From assembly GCA_002688395.1 (NCBI GenBank), contig NZCU01000014.1:1-34226 (forward strand): DNA of 34,226 nucleotides, given 5' to 3'. The notes beneath the pieces are model-generated. The model searched no databases. It was not told the origin of the DNA and saw only the letters and a list, made by a program, of their open reading frames with translations. Below are positions 19,529-28,956 of the stretch, one piece after another. The translations under genes and the position numbers were made by a program. Positions within the stretch are counted from its first letter, which is position 1. Each line of letters begins with the position of its first letter. Origin of the DNA: Nanobdellota archaeon. GTDB taxonomy: Archaea > Nanobdellota > Nanobdellia > SCGC-AAA011-G17 > ARS1403.

Positions 19529-19572
19529 TTTTACCCGACATAGTCGACATTGGTGCGTAAGGTATTTATAAA
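19529..19572 (+). repeat. Dispersed nuclease-associated upstream element, copy C
   Basis: ttttaccc-GACATAGTCGACAttggtgCGTAAGgta-tttataaa, starting just after the antiporter stop codon. Confidence 0.85.
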
Positions 19573-19592
19573 AGAAAGACGTAATTTAGTGT

Positions 19593-20538
19593 ATGAAAAT
19601 TGATTTAATGAAGTATATTCCAAATAAAATCATTCCAAAACAAGGAAACTTGAAAGAATTCTCTATAAGTGAGCATAATAGTAATTTGTTGTTGTTTTAT
19701 AAAGGTTGTAGAAAGAAAATATTATTACCTAGGTTTGTTAATTTAAGTGAGGAGGATTTTGTTGCAATTGGTCTTTATCTAGCAGAAGGTCAAAAGTATG
19801 TTAATCTTGATAAGAAGTATCATCACTCTGGTGAGATAGATTTTTCTAATAGTGAGTTAATTTCTTTAGAACTGTTTTGTAAATTTATAAAAAAATTAAA
19901 TATATCTTCTAAGGAGTTTAGATGGGAAATTGTTTTAAATGTAAAAAGGAAATTTATAGATAAATCTTTGTTATTGAATTATTGGGTAGAAAATCTAAAC
20001 TTAGATTTTGAGAAAAGACGTCCTAAGAGTGTACGTTATAGCGGATCTTTATTTACAAATCCAAAAACTGTTAGTTAGTGATTATGGATGTATTCATTTG
20101 AAATATAGTTCTGTAATCTTTCGTAATTTTTTCTTGAATTTTGTATTTGAAATTTTTAATGATTTTTTGAAAATTAAGCATAAAAATATACTAGGATTAA
20201 TTCTGAAAGGTTATTTTGCAGGAGATGGAAATGTAACTTTTAATTTAAAGCCTAGAAGAAAGGCTGTTTATTTTTGCTCTAATGATATTAAATTATTTTC
20301 TATGCTAAAAGAAGCCCTTAAGACAATAGGAGTAAGCTCTATTAAAGAAACTTATCCTGAATATACTAGAACTCACACTAAGAGTTTAGTTTTTTATAAT
20401 TTTAAGGATTTTCAGTTGTTGGATGATTATGCTATTGCAGATACTGTTCCTTACAAAAGGAAGAAGTTTGAAAAACTTTTAAAGAGTTATAAATTATTGC
20501 CTCGAGCCGGATTTGAACCGGCGATCACTAGCTCATGA
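19593..20538 (+). pseudogene. LAGLIDADG endonuclease-like gene split by a frameshift (TTAG duplication at 20071-20078)
   Basis: AIGLYLAEG in the first ORF, LILKGYFAGDG in the second; removing one TTAG copy fuses the frames (KTVSDYGCI). Confidence 0.8.
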
Positions 20539-20571
20539 AACTAGGGTTCTGCCAGACTAAACTATCGAGGC
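20498..20571 (-). tRNA. tRNA-Met(CAT), probably elongator
   Basis: GCCTCGA/TCGAGGC-A acceptor, anticodon arm CTAGT-TT-CAT-GA-GCTAG, T arm GCCGG-TTCAAAT-CCGGC; lacks initiator hallmarks (A1-U72, three G-C pairs). Confidence 0.9.
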
Positions 20572-20646
20572 TTTAGTGAAGAGTGCTTTATTTGATTTTT
20601 AAGGGTTTTGGTTAAGTTTAAATAGGTTATTTTTTTAAGAAAAACT

Positions 20647-21189
20647 ATGGAAAATAAGAAATTAGGATTAATATTATTAGGAATTGGAGTGTTATTTTTA
20701 GTTAGTTTGATTATATTTAAATTACAAATTAATAGTTTAGTTCATATTGTCATGGATCAAAGTGGGGGTAATTGTTTTATAGATGGAGAAACTTGCATTC
20801 ATGAACAAAGTCAATTCCCAATCTATGTAGGGATAATTGTGGTTGTTGTTGCATTTTCATTAGGAGGATATTTATTATTCTTTGATAAATCTCAAAAATA
20901 CGTTAAGGAGATGCAAGAAAAATTAGTAGATAGATTGGAAGAGACTAAAAAAGAGAAAGATAGTGATGAAAATTTTGAGTTTTTATTAAAGGGGTTAGAT
21001 GAAGCTGAGAAGAGGGTTGTTAAAGCTGTTAAAGAACAAGATGGAATAACCCAAGCTACATTAAGGATTAGGGTAGATATGTCTAAAGCTAAGTTAAGTG
21101 CTGTTTTAAGTGAATTGGATAAAAAAAATCTAATTAAAAAAGTTTCTCATAAAAAAACTAATAAAATTTTCTTAAAAACTGCTCTATGA
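20647..21189 (+). CDS. Membrane-anchored winged-helix transcriptional regulator
   Basis: Two TM helices with a C-x6-C-x-H loop; C-terminal GITQATLRIRVDMSKAKLSAVLSELDKKNLIKK. Confidence 0.8.
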   Translation: MENKKLGLILLGIGVLFLVSLIIFKLQINSLVHIVMDQSGGNCFIDGETCIHEQSQFPIYVGIIVVVVAFSLGGYLLFFDKSQKYVKEMQEKLVDRLEETKKEKDSDENFEFLLKGLDEAEKRVVKAVKEQDGITQATLRIRVDMSKAKLSAVLSELDKKNLIKKVSHKKTNKIFLKTAL

Positions 21190-21292
21190 ACGTTCTAGAG
21201 TTAAAATTTTGGTGTTATGAACGATAAAGAATGTATTGTTTTTGGGGTTAAATATAAGGATGGATGTTTCTTTTGAAAGCTTGTGAAATTAA

Positions 21293-21952
21293 ATGGATAA
21301 TGATGAAACTCAAGAAAAACAAATTTTGAGTAAATTATCTACAATACTGGTGGTTGTTGCTTTTGTTTTGATGGTGTTTAACCAATTTCAATTAATGGGG
21401 TTAAATTCTGAATTAGGATCTACCCCAACTGGTTTATCCATTGTATCTACTTCTGTTATACCCACAGGAACACCTAAAATTTATGGTAAGGAATTGGGAA
21501 TTAGTTATGATAATGTAAACCCTAATGATCCACAATCAGCTGATGCTACTATAAAAGCTATGAGTAGTTTAGATAGGACTTTAACTTTGACTGGAGATGA
21601 TTTAAGTAGATATATTAAAATTGTTAGTGAGATAAGCTGTGAGTATTGTTGTGGAGCTAAATCTATTATTTTTGACGATGGTAGGCCTGCTTGTGGATGT
21701 GCACATAGTTATGCGATGAGAGGATTAGCTAAATATTTAATTTTAAACCACGAGAATGAATTTAGTGATGATGAAATCTTAACTGAGTTAGCCAAATGGA
21801 AGACTTTGTATTTTCCAGGACAGATGCAAGCTAAAGCGGATGTTATGAAATCAAAAGGTGTTGAATTTAGTTATATTAACTTAGGGAGTAATAAGTACAG
21901 AAATATCGAGAAAGGGGCTACATCTAGTAGTGGAATGGTTGGGGGGTGTTAA
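21293..21952 (+). CDS. Membrane-anchored Cys-cluster protein with C-terminal MVGGC
   Basis: N-terminal TM; CEYCCG...ACGCAHS; ends SSSGMVGGC*. Confidence 0.75.
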   Translation: MDNDETQEKQILSKLSTILVVVAFVLMVFNQFQLMGLNSELGSTPTGLSIVSTSVIPTGTPKIYGKELGISYDNVNPNDPQSADATIKAMSSLDRTLTLTGDDLSRYIKIVSEISCEYCCGAKSIIFDDGRPACGCAHSYAMRGLAKYLILNHENEFSDDEILTELAKWKTLYFPGQMQAKADVMKSKGVEFSYINLGSNKYRNIEKGATSSSGMVGGC

Positions 21953-21953
21953 A

Positions 21954-22151
21954 ATGGATAAAGAAATAATTTTGGTTTTGATGTTGGTTGGATTGGTAGT
22001 TTTAGGAGGAGTGCAGGCGGTTCAGATAAATGATCTAAAAGATAATCTTAATGATGGAAATTTAATTACAGGAAATGCTGTTAATACCGAAACTACTCAA
22101 TCTACATCGGTTCGTACAGTAACACAGCCTTCAATGGTTGGAGGTTGTTAG
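21954..22151 (+). CDS. Small membrane-anchored protein with C-terminal MVGGC
   Basis: 65 aa from ATG 21954; TM helix, Thr-rich linker, PSMVGGC*. Confidence 0.75.
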   Translation: MDKEIILVLMLVGLVVLGGVQAVQINDLKDNLNDGNLITGNAVNTETTQSTSVRTVTQPSMVGGC

Positions 22152-22152
22152 T

Positions 22153-22881
22153 ATGAGAAAATTATTTTTTCTTTTACTTTTTAGTGTTGTTTTTTTAAGT
22201 GGTTGTTCTGTAAATAAAAATGTTATAAATAATTTAGATGTTGAGAATTTTGCAAAATTGATTGAGAAAGATGATGTTTTTTTATTGGATGTGCGCATGC
22301 CTGAAGAAACACATATAATGGGGACAGATGATACTATTGCATTTGATAAATTAATGGAAAATGTTGATAGATTACCCAAAGATAAAAATCAACCTATTGC
22401 AGTTTATTGTAGAAGCGGTGTTAGAAGCGCTAAGGCTTCAGAAACTTTGAAAAAAATGGGATATTCTAATATTTATAATTTACTTGGAGGGAAAAACGCT
22501 TGGGACTTAGAAGAAAATAAAATTACTATTTTTAAACCTGCAAGTTGTGGATGTTGTGTTGGTTGGACTGCAGAAGTTAAAAATAAAAAATTTAATGTTG
22601 AAACAAAAATTACTCAAAATATGGAACCTATAAAACAAAAATATGGAATTCCTAGAAACATGTGGAGTTGTCATACTGCTTCTGTTGGAGATTATTTTAT
22701 TGAAGGTCATGTACCTATAGAAGCCGTTAATAAATTGTTAAAAGAGAAGCCAGATATAAAAGGAATAGCTTTACCTAATATGCCTGCAGGATCCCCAGGA
22801 ATGCCTGGTGTTAAATCTGGACCATTTAGAGTATATTCTATTTTAGATGATGGAAGTAGTGAAATTTTTATGGAGGTTTAA
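22153..22881 (+). CDS. Lipoprotein: rhodanese domain fused to a DUF411-like metal-binding domain
   Basis: Lipobox FLSG|C; LLDVR..EE, VYCRSGVRS; SCGCCVGW, SCHTA, IEGHVP, MPAGSPGM. Confidence 0.85.
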   Translation: MRKLFFLLLFSVVFLSGCSVNKNVINNLDVENFAKLIEKDDVFLLDVRMPEETHIMGTDDTIAFDKLMENVDRLPKDKNQPIAVYCRSGVRSAKASETLKKMGYSNIYNLLGGKNAWDLEENKITIFKPASCGCCVGWTAEVKNKKFNVETKITQNMEPIKQKYGIPRNMWSCHTASVGDYFIEGHVPIEAVNKLLKEKPDIKGIALPNMPAGSPGMPGVKSGPFRVYSILDDGSSEIFMEV

Positions 22882-22882
22882 A

Positions 22883-23326
22883 ATGATAAGGAAAAAAACT
22901 TGGTTTGGTATTAATTTAATTGTTTTATTGGGGTTTTTGATAGCATTTGTTACAAGCTCAACTGGAACATCTTTTGAACATATGGATATGGATGAAAAAA
23001 GAGATACTTTTATTTCCCTTAAAGAAGATATTCAACAAGATTTAATGCCCAAACATGGATATAGATGTTGCTTAGTCAAACCTTGCACTTATTGTATTGA
23101 AAAAACTCCAGGACATGGCGAAGGTGCTGTATGTGATTGTTTGAGTGATGTTGTTAATGGAGTCCATCCATGTGGAGAATGTATTGGTGAAATTCTAGAA
23201 GGTCATGGTAATCCCTACCTTAAAGAATATTTTGCAGAAGCTATAGCTGAAAAGACTGGCCAAAAGAAAGCTTTAAAAAAGATAATCTCTAAAAAATATG
23301 ATGTAGCTGAGGATGATCAAAAATGA
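22883..23326 (+). CDS. Secreted/anchored Cys-rich protein
   Basis: TM helix then YRCCLVKPCTYC...CDC...PCGECIG; GGAGG RBS before ATG 22883. Confidence 0.7.
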   Translation: MIRKKTWFGINLIVLLGFLIAFVTSSTGTSFEHMDMDEKRDTFISLKEDIQQDLMPKHGYRCCLVKPCTYCIEKTPGHGEGAVCDCLSDVVNGVHPCGECIGEILEGHGNPYLKEYFAEAIAEKTGQKKALKKIISKKYDVAEDDQK

Positions 23327-23916
23327 AAATTAAAGAAATTATTTTGGTTGCTGTAATTGTTGGAATATTGTCTAGTTTAATAACTGTTACATCTTTAAAC
23401 TATTTAGAGAAAGATAATTTAATTAAAGATTTTTATCTTACTGAGACTAGTGTTCATGTAAGTCCACATCATATTAGGAAAGCTATGGATAAAGGAGATA
23501 GTAATTTTATTTTAGTAGATTTAAGGAGTGATGAAGAGTATGAGAGAGAACATATTGTTGGGGCTATAAATATTCCTGCTTATAGAGATCCCTATACTTC
23601 TGCTTATGGGGATGTTGAAAGAATTGTTGGAGAATTTTCTAAATTACCTAAAGATAAAGAAATAATTGTTTATTGTTATAGCACTCCTTGTATGACTGGA
23701 AGGAAAGTTGGAGGAATGCTTGCAGAAAATGGAATTTTTGTTAAACATTTAGGTGTCGGGTGGAATGAATGGAGATATTTTTGGACTATGTGGAATCATG
23801 AACATGAATGGAATATAACTAATGTTGAAGATTATGTTGTTAAAGGGAAAAATCCAGGAGTTCCAAAATTACAAGATTATGGTGGATGTAGTATTGAAGG
23901 GAAATTTGGCTGTTAA
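23323..23916 (+). CDS. Membrane-anchored rhodanese-domain protein
   Basis: LVDLRSDEEYEREHIVGAINIP, IIVYCYSTPC; ends GGCSIEGKFGC*. Confidence 0.85.
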   Translation: MKIKEIILVAVIVGILSSLITVTSLNYLEKDNLIKDFYLTETSVHVSPHHIRKAMDKGDSNFILVDLRSDEEYEREHIVGAINIPAYRDPYTSAYGDVERIVGEFSKLPKDKEIIVYCYSTPCMTGRKVGGMLAENGIFVKHLGVGWNEWRYFWTMWNHEHEWNITNVEDYVVKGKNPGVPKLQDYGGCSIEGKFGC

Positions 23917-23992
23917 AATTAAAATTTGACTATATATAGAAAACTTTTTATATACTAATCTTTTGATTAGAAACAATAGGAGGGTTAAAACA

Positions 23993-24715
23993 ATGGAAGA
24001 AAGTAATGAAGGAAACATAACTTTAAAAAAATCTAGTTTGTGGAAAGCTGGAACATTTGTATTTGGATTATTATTTGTGATATCTTTATTCACAGGAGGA
24101 TTTGGTACAGGTGATGGTGGTGGTGTTACTGGTAATGGTGTTGCACAACCTTCTCCTAGTGTACCAAATATTCCTACTGGTGTAGGAACAGTAAGGGCCG
24201 AAGATATTGTTGATGATGATCCTTTTTTAGGAGATGAAAACGCACCTTTAACAATAGTTGAATTTAGTGATTTTCAATGTCCTTTTTGTAGCAGATTTAA
24301 AGATCAAACTTTAAGTCAGTTGAAATCTGAGTATATCGATACTGGAAAAGTTAAATTTGTTTATAGAGATTTCCCTTTGAGTAGTATTCATCCAATGGCA
24401 CAAAAAGCTGCTGAAGCTACTGAATGTGCAGATGAACAAGGAAAATTCTGGGAATATCATGATTTGGTCTTTGATAGACAAAGTAGCTTGAGTATTGGAA
24501 ACTTAAAAAGTTGGGCAGGAGAACTTGGATTGAATAGTGCAGAATTTGATGAATGTTTAGATTCTGGAGAACAAGCTGATGAAGTTGCTAATGATTTAAA
24601 AGCTGCAACTGCTGCAGGTGGAAGGGGTACTCCGTTTTTCATAGTTGGTAATCAACCTTTAAGTGGAGCACAACCATTTAGCGCATTCCAACAAGCGATT
24701 GAATCTCAACTTTAA
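23993..24715 (+). CDS. DsbA-family thiol-disulfide oxidoreductase
   Basis: EFSDFQCPFC, YRDFPL, GTPFF; N-terminal TM; AGGAGGG RBS before ATG 23993. Confidence 0.92.
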   Translation: MEESNEGNITLKKSSLWKAGTFVFGLLFVISLFTGGFGTGDGGGVTGNGVAQPSPSVPNIPTGVGTVRAEDIVDDDPFLGDENAPLTIVEFSDFQCPFCSRFKDQTLSQLKSEYIDTGKVKFVYRDFPLSSIHPMAQKAAEATECADEQGKFWEYHDLVFDRQSSLSIGNLKSWAGELGLNSAEFDECLDSGEQADEVANDLKAATAAGGRGTPFFIVGNQPLSGAQPFSAFQQAIESQL

Positions 24716-24749
24716 ATTTTTTTATTTTTTTTATTTTAAAGGATTTAAC

Positions 24750-25508
24750 ATGGCTTTTATACATAATATTGACCCTGCATTTTTAAGAATTGGACATTTT
24801 GAATTAAGATATTATGGGCTTGTTTGGGTTGCTGGATTTTTATTGGCTTATTATATTCTAAACAAATATAGAAAAAACGGTAAGCTGGATATTTCTGTTG
24901 AAAAATTAGAAAGTTTTATGTTGTATTTAATTTTAGGGGTGTTAATTGGAGCTAGATTATTTCATGTGTTATTTTCTGATCCTAGTTACTATTTTAGTAA
25001 TCCTTCTAGAATACTTGCTTTTTGGGAAGGGGGAGTTGCTTTTCATGGAGGTTTAGTTGGAGCTGCTCTTGTTGTTTATTATTTTGTTAAGAAAAATAAT
25101 TTAAGTTGGAAACAATTAGGAGATGCTATTGCAGTTCCTACTGTTTTAGCTTTAGCATTAGGAAGGATTGCTAACTTTATTAATGGAGAATTATGGGGCA
25201 CTATTACTAATGTTTCTTGGTGTGTTAACTTTCCTGGAGTTAGCGGATGTAGACATCCTAGTCAGTTATATGAATCTATAGCTAATTTTTTTATATTTGG
25301 AGTCTTATTTTTTTGGAATAAGAAAGAGAATAAATCTGGATTTATCTTTTGGATGTTTATATTATTAATGGGGATTACTAGATTTTTAATTAGTTTTTTA
25401 AGAGAAGATGATAAGTGGTTGGGGTTGAGTGATGGACAGTATTTTAGTTTGATAATGATAATTATTGGAGGCTATGTTTTGTTTAAACATTATTTTAAGT
25501 ATGAGTAA
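24750..25508 (+). CDS. lgt: Prolipoprotein diacylglyceryl transferase
   Basis: LRYYG, GARL, WEGGVAFHGG, GRIANFINGELWG, RHPSQLYE, RF..SFLRE motifs. Confidence 0.93.
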   Translation: MAFIHNIDPAFLRIGHFELRYYGLVWVAGFLLAYYILNKYRKNGKLDISVEKLESFMLYLILGVLIGARLFHVLFSDPSYYFSNPSRILAFWEGGVAFHGGLVGAALVVYYFVKKNNLSWKQLGDAIAVPTVLALALGRIANFINGELWGTITNVSWCVNFPGVSGCRHPSQLYESIANFFIFGVLFFWNKKENKSGFIFWMFILLMGITRFLISFLREDDKWLGLSDGQYFSLIMIIIGGYVLFKHYFKYE

Positions 25509-25586
25509 ACCTTTTTTGATTTTAAGAATTGAACCTGGATTTGTGTTTTTTTGGTTTGGATAAGTTATTAAATCCTGATAATTAGT

Positions 25587-26045
25587 TTAATTTGTTTTTA
25601 TAATTTTTTCTGCTAATTTCTTTAATTTTTCATTGTCTGCTTCTTTATAATCATGAGATGATATATATCCCTCATATTTTTCAAAATATTTGTTTATGTT
25701 TGATTTTATTGGTTTCCAGTCTTTCATTTTTGTACCATGCATTGGAAATAATTTAGCATGGACATGATCTACTCCGAATCCTTCAAAAATCATTCCTGTT
25801 CTTCCTACATCTTTTAATTTTGAGTCTAATAATTTTCCTACTTTTTTTGTTGCTAATACTAATTCTTTTAGAATTTCATCTGGGAGATCAAACGCATAAC
25901 TGGGATAGTGTTTTTTTGGAATAACAACTGAAAACCCTTCTGTATTTGGAAATATTGTTAAGAATGCTAAGTGTTTGTCATCTTCGTAAATTTTATGAGA
26001 TGGAATTTCATTATTTACTATTTTACAAAAAATACAATCATTCAT
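25587..26045 (-). CDS. HIT family protein
   Basis: DCIFCKIV...IPS..IYED; variant triad VDHVHAKL. Confidence 0.9.
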   Translation of the reverse strand: MNDCIFCKIVNNEIPSHKIYEDDKHLAFLTIFPNTEGFSVVIPKKHYPSYAFDLPDEILKELVLATKKVGKLLDSKLKDVGRTGMIFEGFGVDHVHAKLFPMHGTKMKDWKPIKSNINKYFEKYEGYISSHDYKEADNEKLKKLAEKIIKTN

Positions 26046-26685
26046 TTTCTAACCATTTGGGTAAATCTTTTAATGATTTTAAAATATTGTTGTTGTTAAG
26101 ATTATGTTTTAAGAAATCTGATTTTTTATAAGATCCTGTTAATACAGCTACAAAATTTAATCCAGCTTTTTTTGCTGCTATGTAATCATGTATTGAATCT
26201 CCAACATATAATATTTCTTCTTTCTTTAATTTTAGTTTTTTAAGAGGTTTGTTAAAAACTTTTGGATTTGGTTTATGATGGTTAACATCTTCTTTTGAAT
26301 AGATAAATTTGAATAAATTTTTATTTAATTTAACATTCTTTAAATGAGGATACATTAATATTTTTGATTTAGAACTTAGTAAAGCTAGGGTGTAATTTTT
26401 ATGTAATTCTTTTATTGTATTTACAGATCCTTTAATCGCTTTGAATTTTCTTTTCTTTATTTTTTTTAATGCTATAGTTTCAAACTTTTTTTTATTTGCT
26501 TTTGGCCAGAATGCTTTTATCATATTTTTTAATGGTGTTCCGAAATACCTTGCCATAGATGCTTTTGATTTGAATTTTAAATTTAATTCTTTTGCAGTTT
26601 TTTGGTAATTGGGAAGGACATGTTTGCTAAAATCTATTATTGTGTCATCAACATCAAAAATAATTGCTTTTATTATATTTATCAC
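26038..26685 (-). CDS. HAD-superfamily hydrolase
   Basis: IIFDVDDT, KPNP, YVGDSIHD; exact start uncertain (GTG 26685 or ATA 26676). Confidence 0.9.
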   Translation of the reverse strand: MINIIKAIIFDVDDTIIDFSKHVLPNYQKTAKELNLKFKSKASMARYFGTPLKNMIKAFWPKANKKKFETIALKKIKKRKFKAIKGSVNTIKELHKNYTLALLSSKSKILMYPHLKNVKLNKNLFKFIYSKEDVNHHKPNPKVFNKPLKKLKLKKEEILYVGDSIHDYIAAKKAGLNFVAVLTGSYKKSDFLKHNLNNNNILKSLKDLPKWLENE

Positions 26686-26690
26686 CTCTA

Positions 26691-26761
26691 TGGACTGACT
26701 GGGAATCGAACCCAGGACCCAAGACTGCCAGCCTCGGATTTTACCACTAGACTATCAGCCC
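26691..26761 (-). tRNA. tRNA-Ala(GGC)
   Basis: GGGCTGA/TCAGTCC-A acceptor with G3:U70; anticodon arm CGAGG-CT-GGC-AG-TCTTG; CTGGG-TTCGATT-CCCAG. Confidence 0.95.
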
Positions 26762-26766
26762 TTTGT

Positions 26767-28236
26767 TTATTTTACTTTTTTAAATTCTATTTCTTTATTT
26801 AATAATTTTGTTAGAATGTCTTTTAAATCTTTTATTTTTACTCTTATTTGTTGCATAGTTTCTCGTTCTCTTATTGTTACATCTTTGTTTTTTATTGAGT
26901 CATGGTCTACTGTAATCATAAAAGGACATCCTATTTCGTCTACACGTCTGTACATTCGGCCAATAGAACCGGTTTCATCATATGTTGTTGTAAAATTATG
27001 TCTTAAATCGTGGAAAATTTCTTTTGCTAATTTTGGAAGATTATCTTTTCTTATTAATGGGAATATTGCTATATCTATTGGGGATACTTTATATGGAAAT
27101 GTGAACAAAGTTCTTTCTTTTTCTTCTTTGTAGAAATTGTCTAATAAAGCCCATAGATTTCTGTCTACACCAAATGATAATTCTAGAACATTAGGGATGA
27201 ATTTTTTGTTGTCGATTGTTACTTCTAGCTTTGTTTTAGAACCTTTTTGATGTCCTCCTAAGTCATGTTCTCCCCTATAGTGTAAACCTGCTACTTCTTT
27301 CCAACCATTTAAAGTTTCTAAATTTAGTTCTATATCATAATGTATTTTATTGTAGAAAGCTTTTTCTTTTTCTGATAGTTTTCTGAATTTAAATTTTTCT
27401 TTAGGTATTTCTAATTCATTTAAATAAAATTGTTGTATTTTTGCCATATGATAAACATAAAATTTAGGTATTTCTAATTTTGAGTTGGCTTCTTTACATG
27501 TTACTTCTTTATCTATTTTTATTTTGTAATCTTTTATTTCATCCCAATCTTCTGCTTCATCAAATTTATCTGGGTTTATGAAAATTTGTAGTTCTGCTTG
27601 GGTAAATTCTCTTAATCTAAAAAAACCTTGTCTTGGAGATATTTCATTTCTAAATGCTTTTCCAATCACTGCTAAACCTAAAGGTAATTTTTCTCTTAAA
27701 GCTTGAAATTCTCTTTTAAAAGATAGATAAGGAGATTGGGCTGTTTCTGGACGTAAGTACATAATATCTTTTCCTGTTGAGCCAACTCTTAATTCAAACA
27801 TCATATTAAAGAATTTTACTTGATTTAATTCTGAGTTACATTCTGGGCAATGAATATCTTCTTTTTTTATTATTTTATCTAATTCTATTTCATTAAAACC
27901 GCCTACTTCTCTTCCTGTTTTACCTTCTATTATTTCGTCTGCTTTGAACCTTAAATGACATTTTTTACATTCTACCAAAGGATCTTTAAAATTTTCTAGA
28001 TGACCTGAGGATTCAAAAACTTCTTTAGATAAAATATTAACATCATCTATTTCGTAATAATTTGGAGATAGAGATAAGAAAAAAGACCTCCATAAATTTT
28101 CAAATTTTTGTTTTAGTAAAGTTCCTAGATGACCATAAGTCCAGAATCCTGATTTAACTGCGTAAATTTCTCCTGATGGGTAAAAGAAACCTCTTTTAGT
28201 TGCTATGTTTGTTATTTTTTCTGCTTTATCTGCCAT
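26767..28236 (-). CDS. glyS: Glycine--tRNA ligase (alpha2 type)
   Basis: SGHLENFKDP, FNMMF, YLRPETAQ, GKAFRNEISPRQG..RLREFTQAE, ELSFGVDR, GSIGRMYRRVDEIG. Confidence 0.96.
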   Translation of the reverse strand: MADKAEKITNIATKRGFFYPSGEIYAVKSGFWTYGHLGTLLKQKFENLWRSFFLSLSPNYYEIDDVNILSKEVFESSGHLENFKDPLVECKKCHLRFKADEIIEGKTGREVGGFNEIELDKIIKKEDIHCPECNSELNQVKFFNMMFELRVGSTGKDIMYLRPETAQSPYLSFKREFQALREKLPLGLAVIGKAFRNEISPRQGFFRLREFTQAELQIFINPDKFDEAEDWDEIKDYKIKIDKEVTCKEANSKLEIPKFYVYHMAKIQQFYLNELEIPKEKFKFRKLSEKEKAFYNKIHYDIELNLETLNGWKEVAGLHYRGEHDLGGHQKGSKTKLEVTIDNKKFIPNVLELSFGVDRNLWALLDNFYKEEKERTLFTFPYKVSPIDIAIFPLIRKDNLPKLAKEIFHDLRHNFTTTYDETGSIGRMYRRVDEIGCPFMITVDHDSIKNKDVTIRERETMQQIRVKIKDLKDILTKLLNKEIEFKKVK

Positions 28237-28272
28237 GTTTATTTTAAAGAAAGGAGTGTTTATAATATTTTC

Positions 28273-28548
28273 TTATAGTTTTATATTTAATACTTTTAAA
28301 ATAAAATCTTCTATTTCTTTTAGTTTTTCTTTATTCAATGAAATTTGTAAACCATAAGATGTTGGTTTTGTTATGATTAGTCTTTCTTTGATTAATTTTT
28401 TAGCTACTTTTCCTATGCTTTTTCCTAAATGAGATGGAAAACCTTTTTTTAATGTATCAAAATGTGTATGGACATTACCTATTACTTTTTTTCTCCTTAG
28501 ATGATAGAGAATTGTTGCTCTAATCTTATCTTCTTCTGAAAATTCCAT
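28273..28548 (-). CDS. Small basic winged-helix-like protein
   Basis: 91 aa; divergent from another wHTH gene. Confidence 0.65.
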   Translation of the reverse strand: MEFSEEDKIRATILYHLRRKKVIGNVHTHFDTLKKGFPSHLGKSIGKVAKKLIKERLIITKPTSYGLQISLNKEKLKEIEDFILKVLNIKL

Positions 28549-28647
28549 ATATGATGAACGATTTGAAAATATTTAAATGTTTCTAATATTGAAATATAAA
28601 AACAAAAATAGAAATATTTATAAACTAACTAAGTTACATAATTACTT

Positions 28648-28956
28648 ATGAAAAATGAAACTGTTTTTTTAGAAGTTTTTGGGAATAACCCTATAATAAA
28701 AGTGCTAGATTTTTTGATAACCTATCAACTTTTTGACTATCCTTTAACTGAAATAGCTAAAAATTCCGAAGTGAGTTATTCAACCTTACAAACTTTTTGG
28801 GATAAATTAGAAAAAAATAATATTGTTGTTAAAACTAGAAGAGTTGGTAAATCTGATTTATTTAAACTAAATATAGATAATCCTGCTGTGAAACAATTAA
28901 TCAAATTAGATTGGAATTTAATTAAAGGAAGCGAAGAAAAGATTATAATTTCTTAA
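28648..28956 (+). CDS. Winged-helix transcriptional regulator
   Basis: KVLDFL...LTEIAKNSEVSYSTL...LEKNNIVVKTRRVGKSDLFKLN. Confidence 0.8.
   Translation: MKNETVFLEVFGNNPIIKVLDFLITYQLFDYPLTEIAKNSEVSYSTLQTFWDKLEKNNIVVKTRRVGKSDLFKLNIDNPAVKQLIKLDWNLIKGSEEKIIIS

Noticed and set aside
19529..20571. tRNA-Met or tRNA-Pro as integrase attachment sites for the LAGLIDADG genes
   Set aside because: No duplicated tRNA 3' fragment upstream of either gene and no integrase in the window; an ordinary membrane gene also overlaps tRNA-Leu, so overlap alone reflects compaction.
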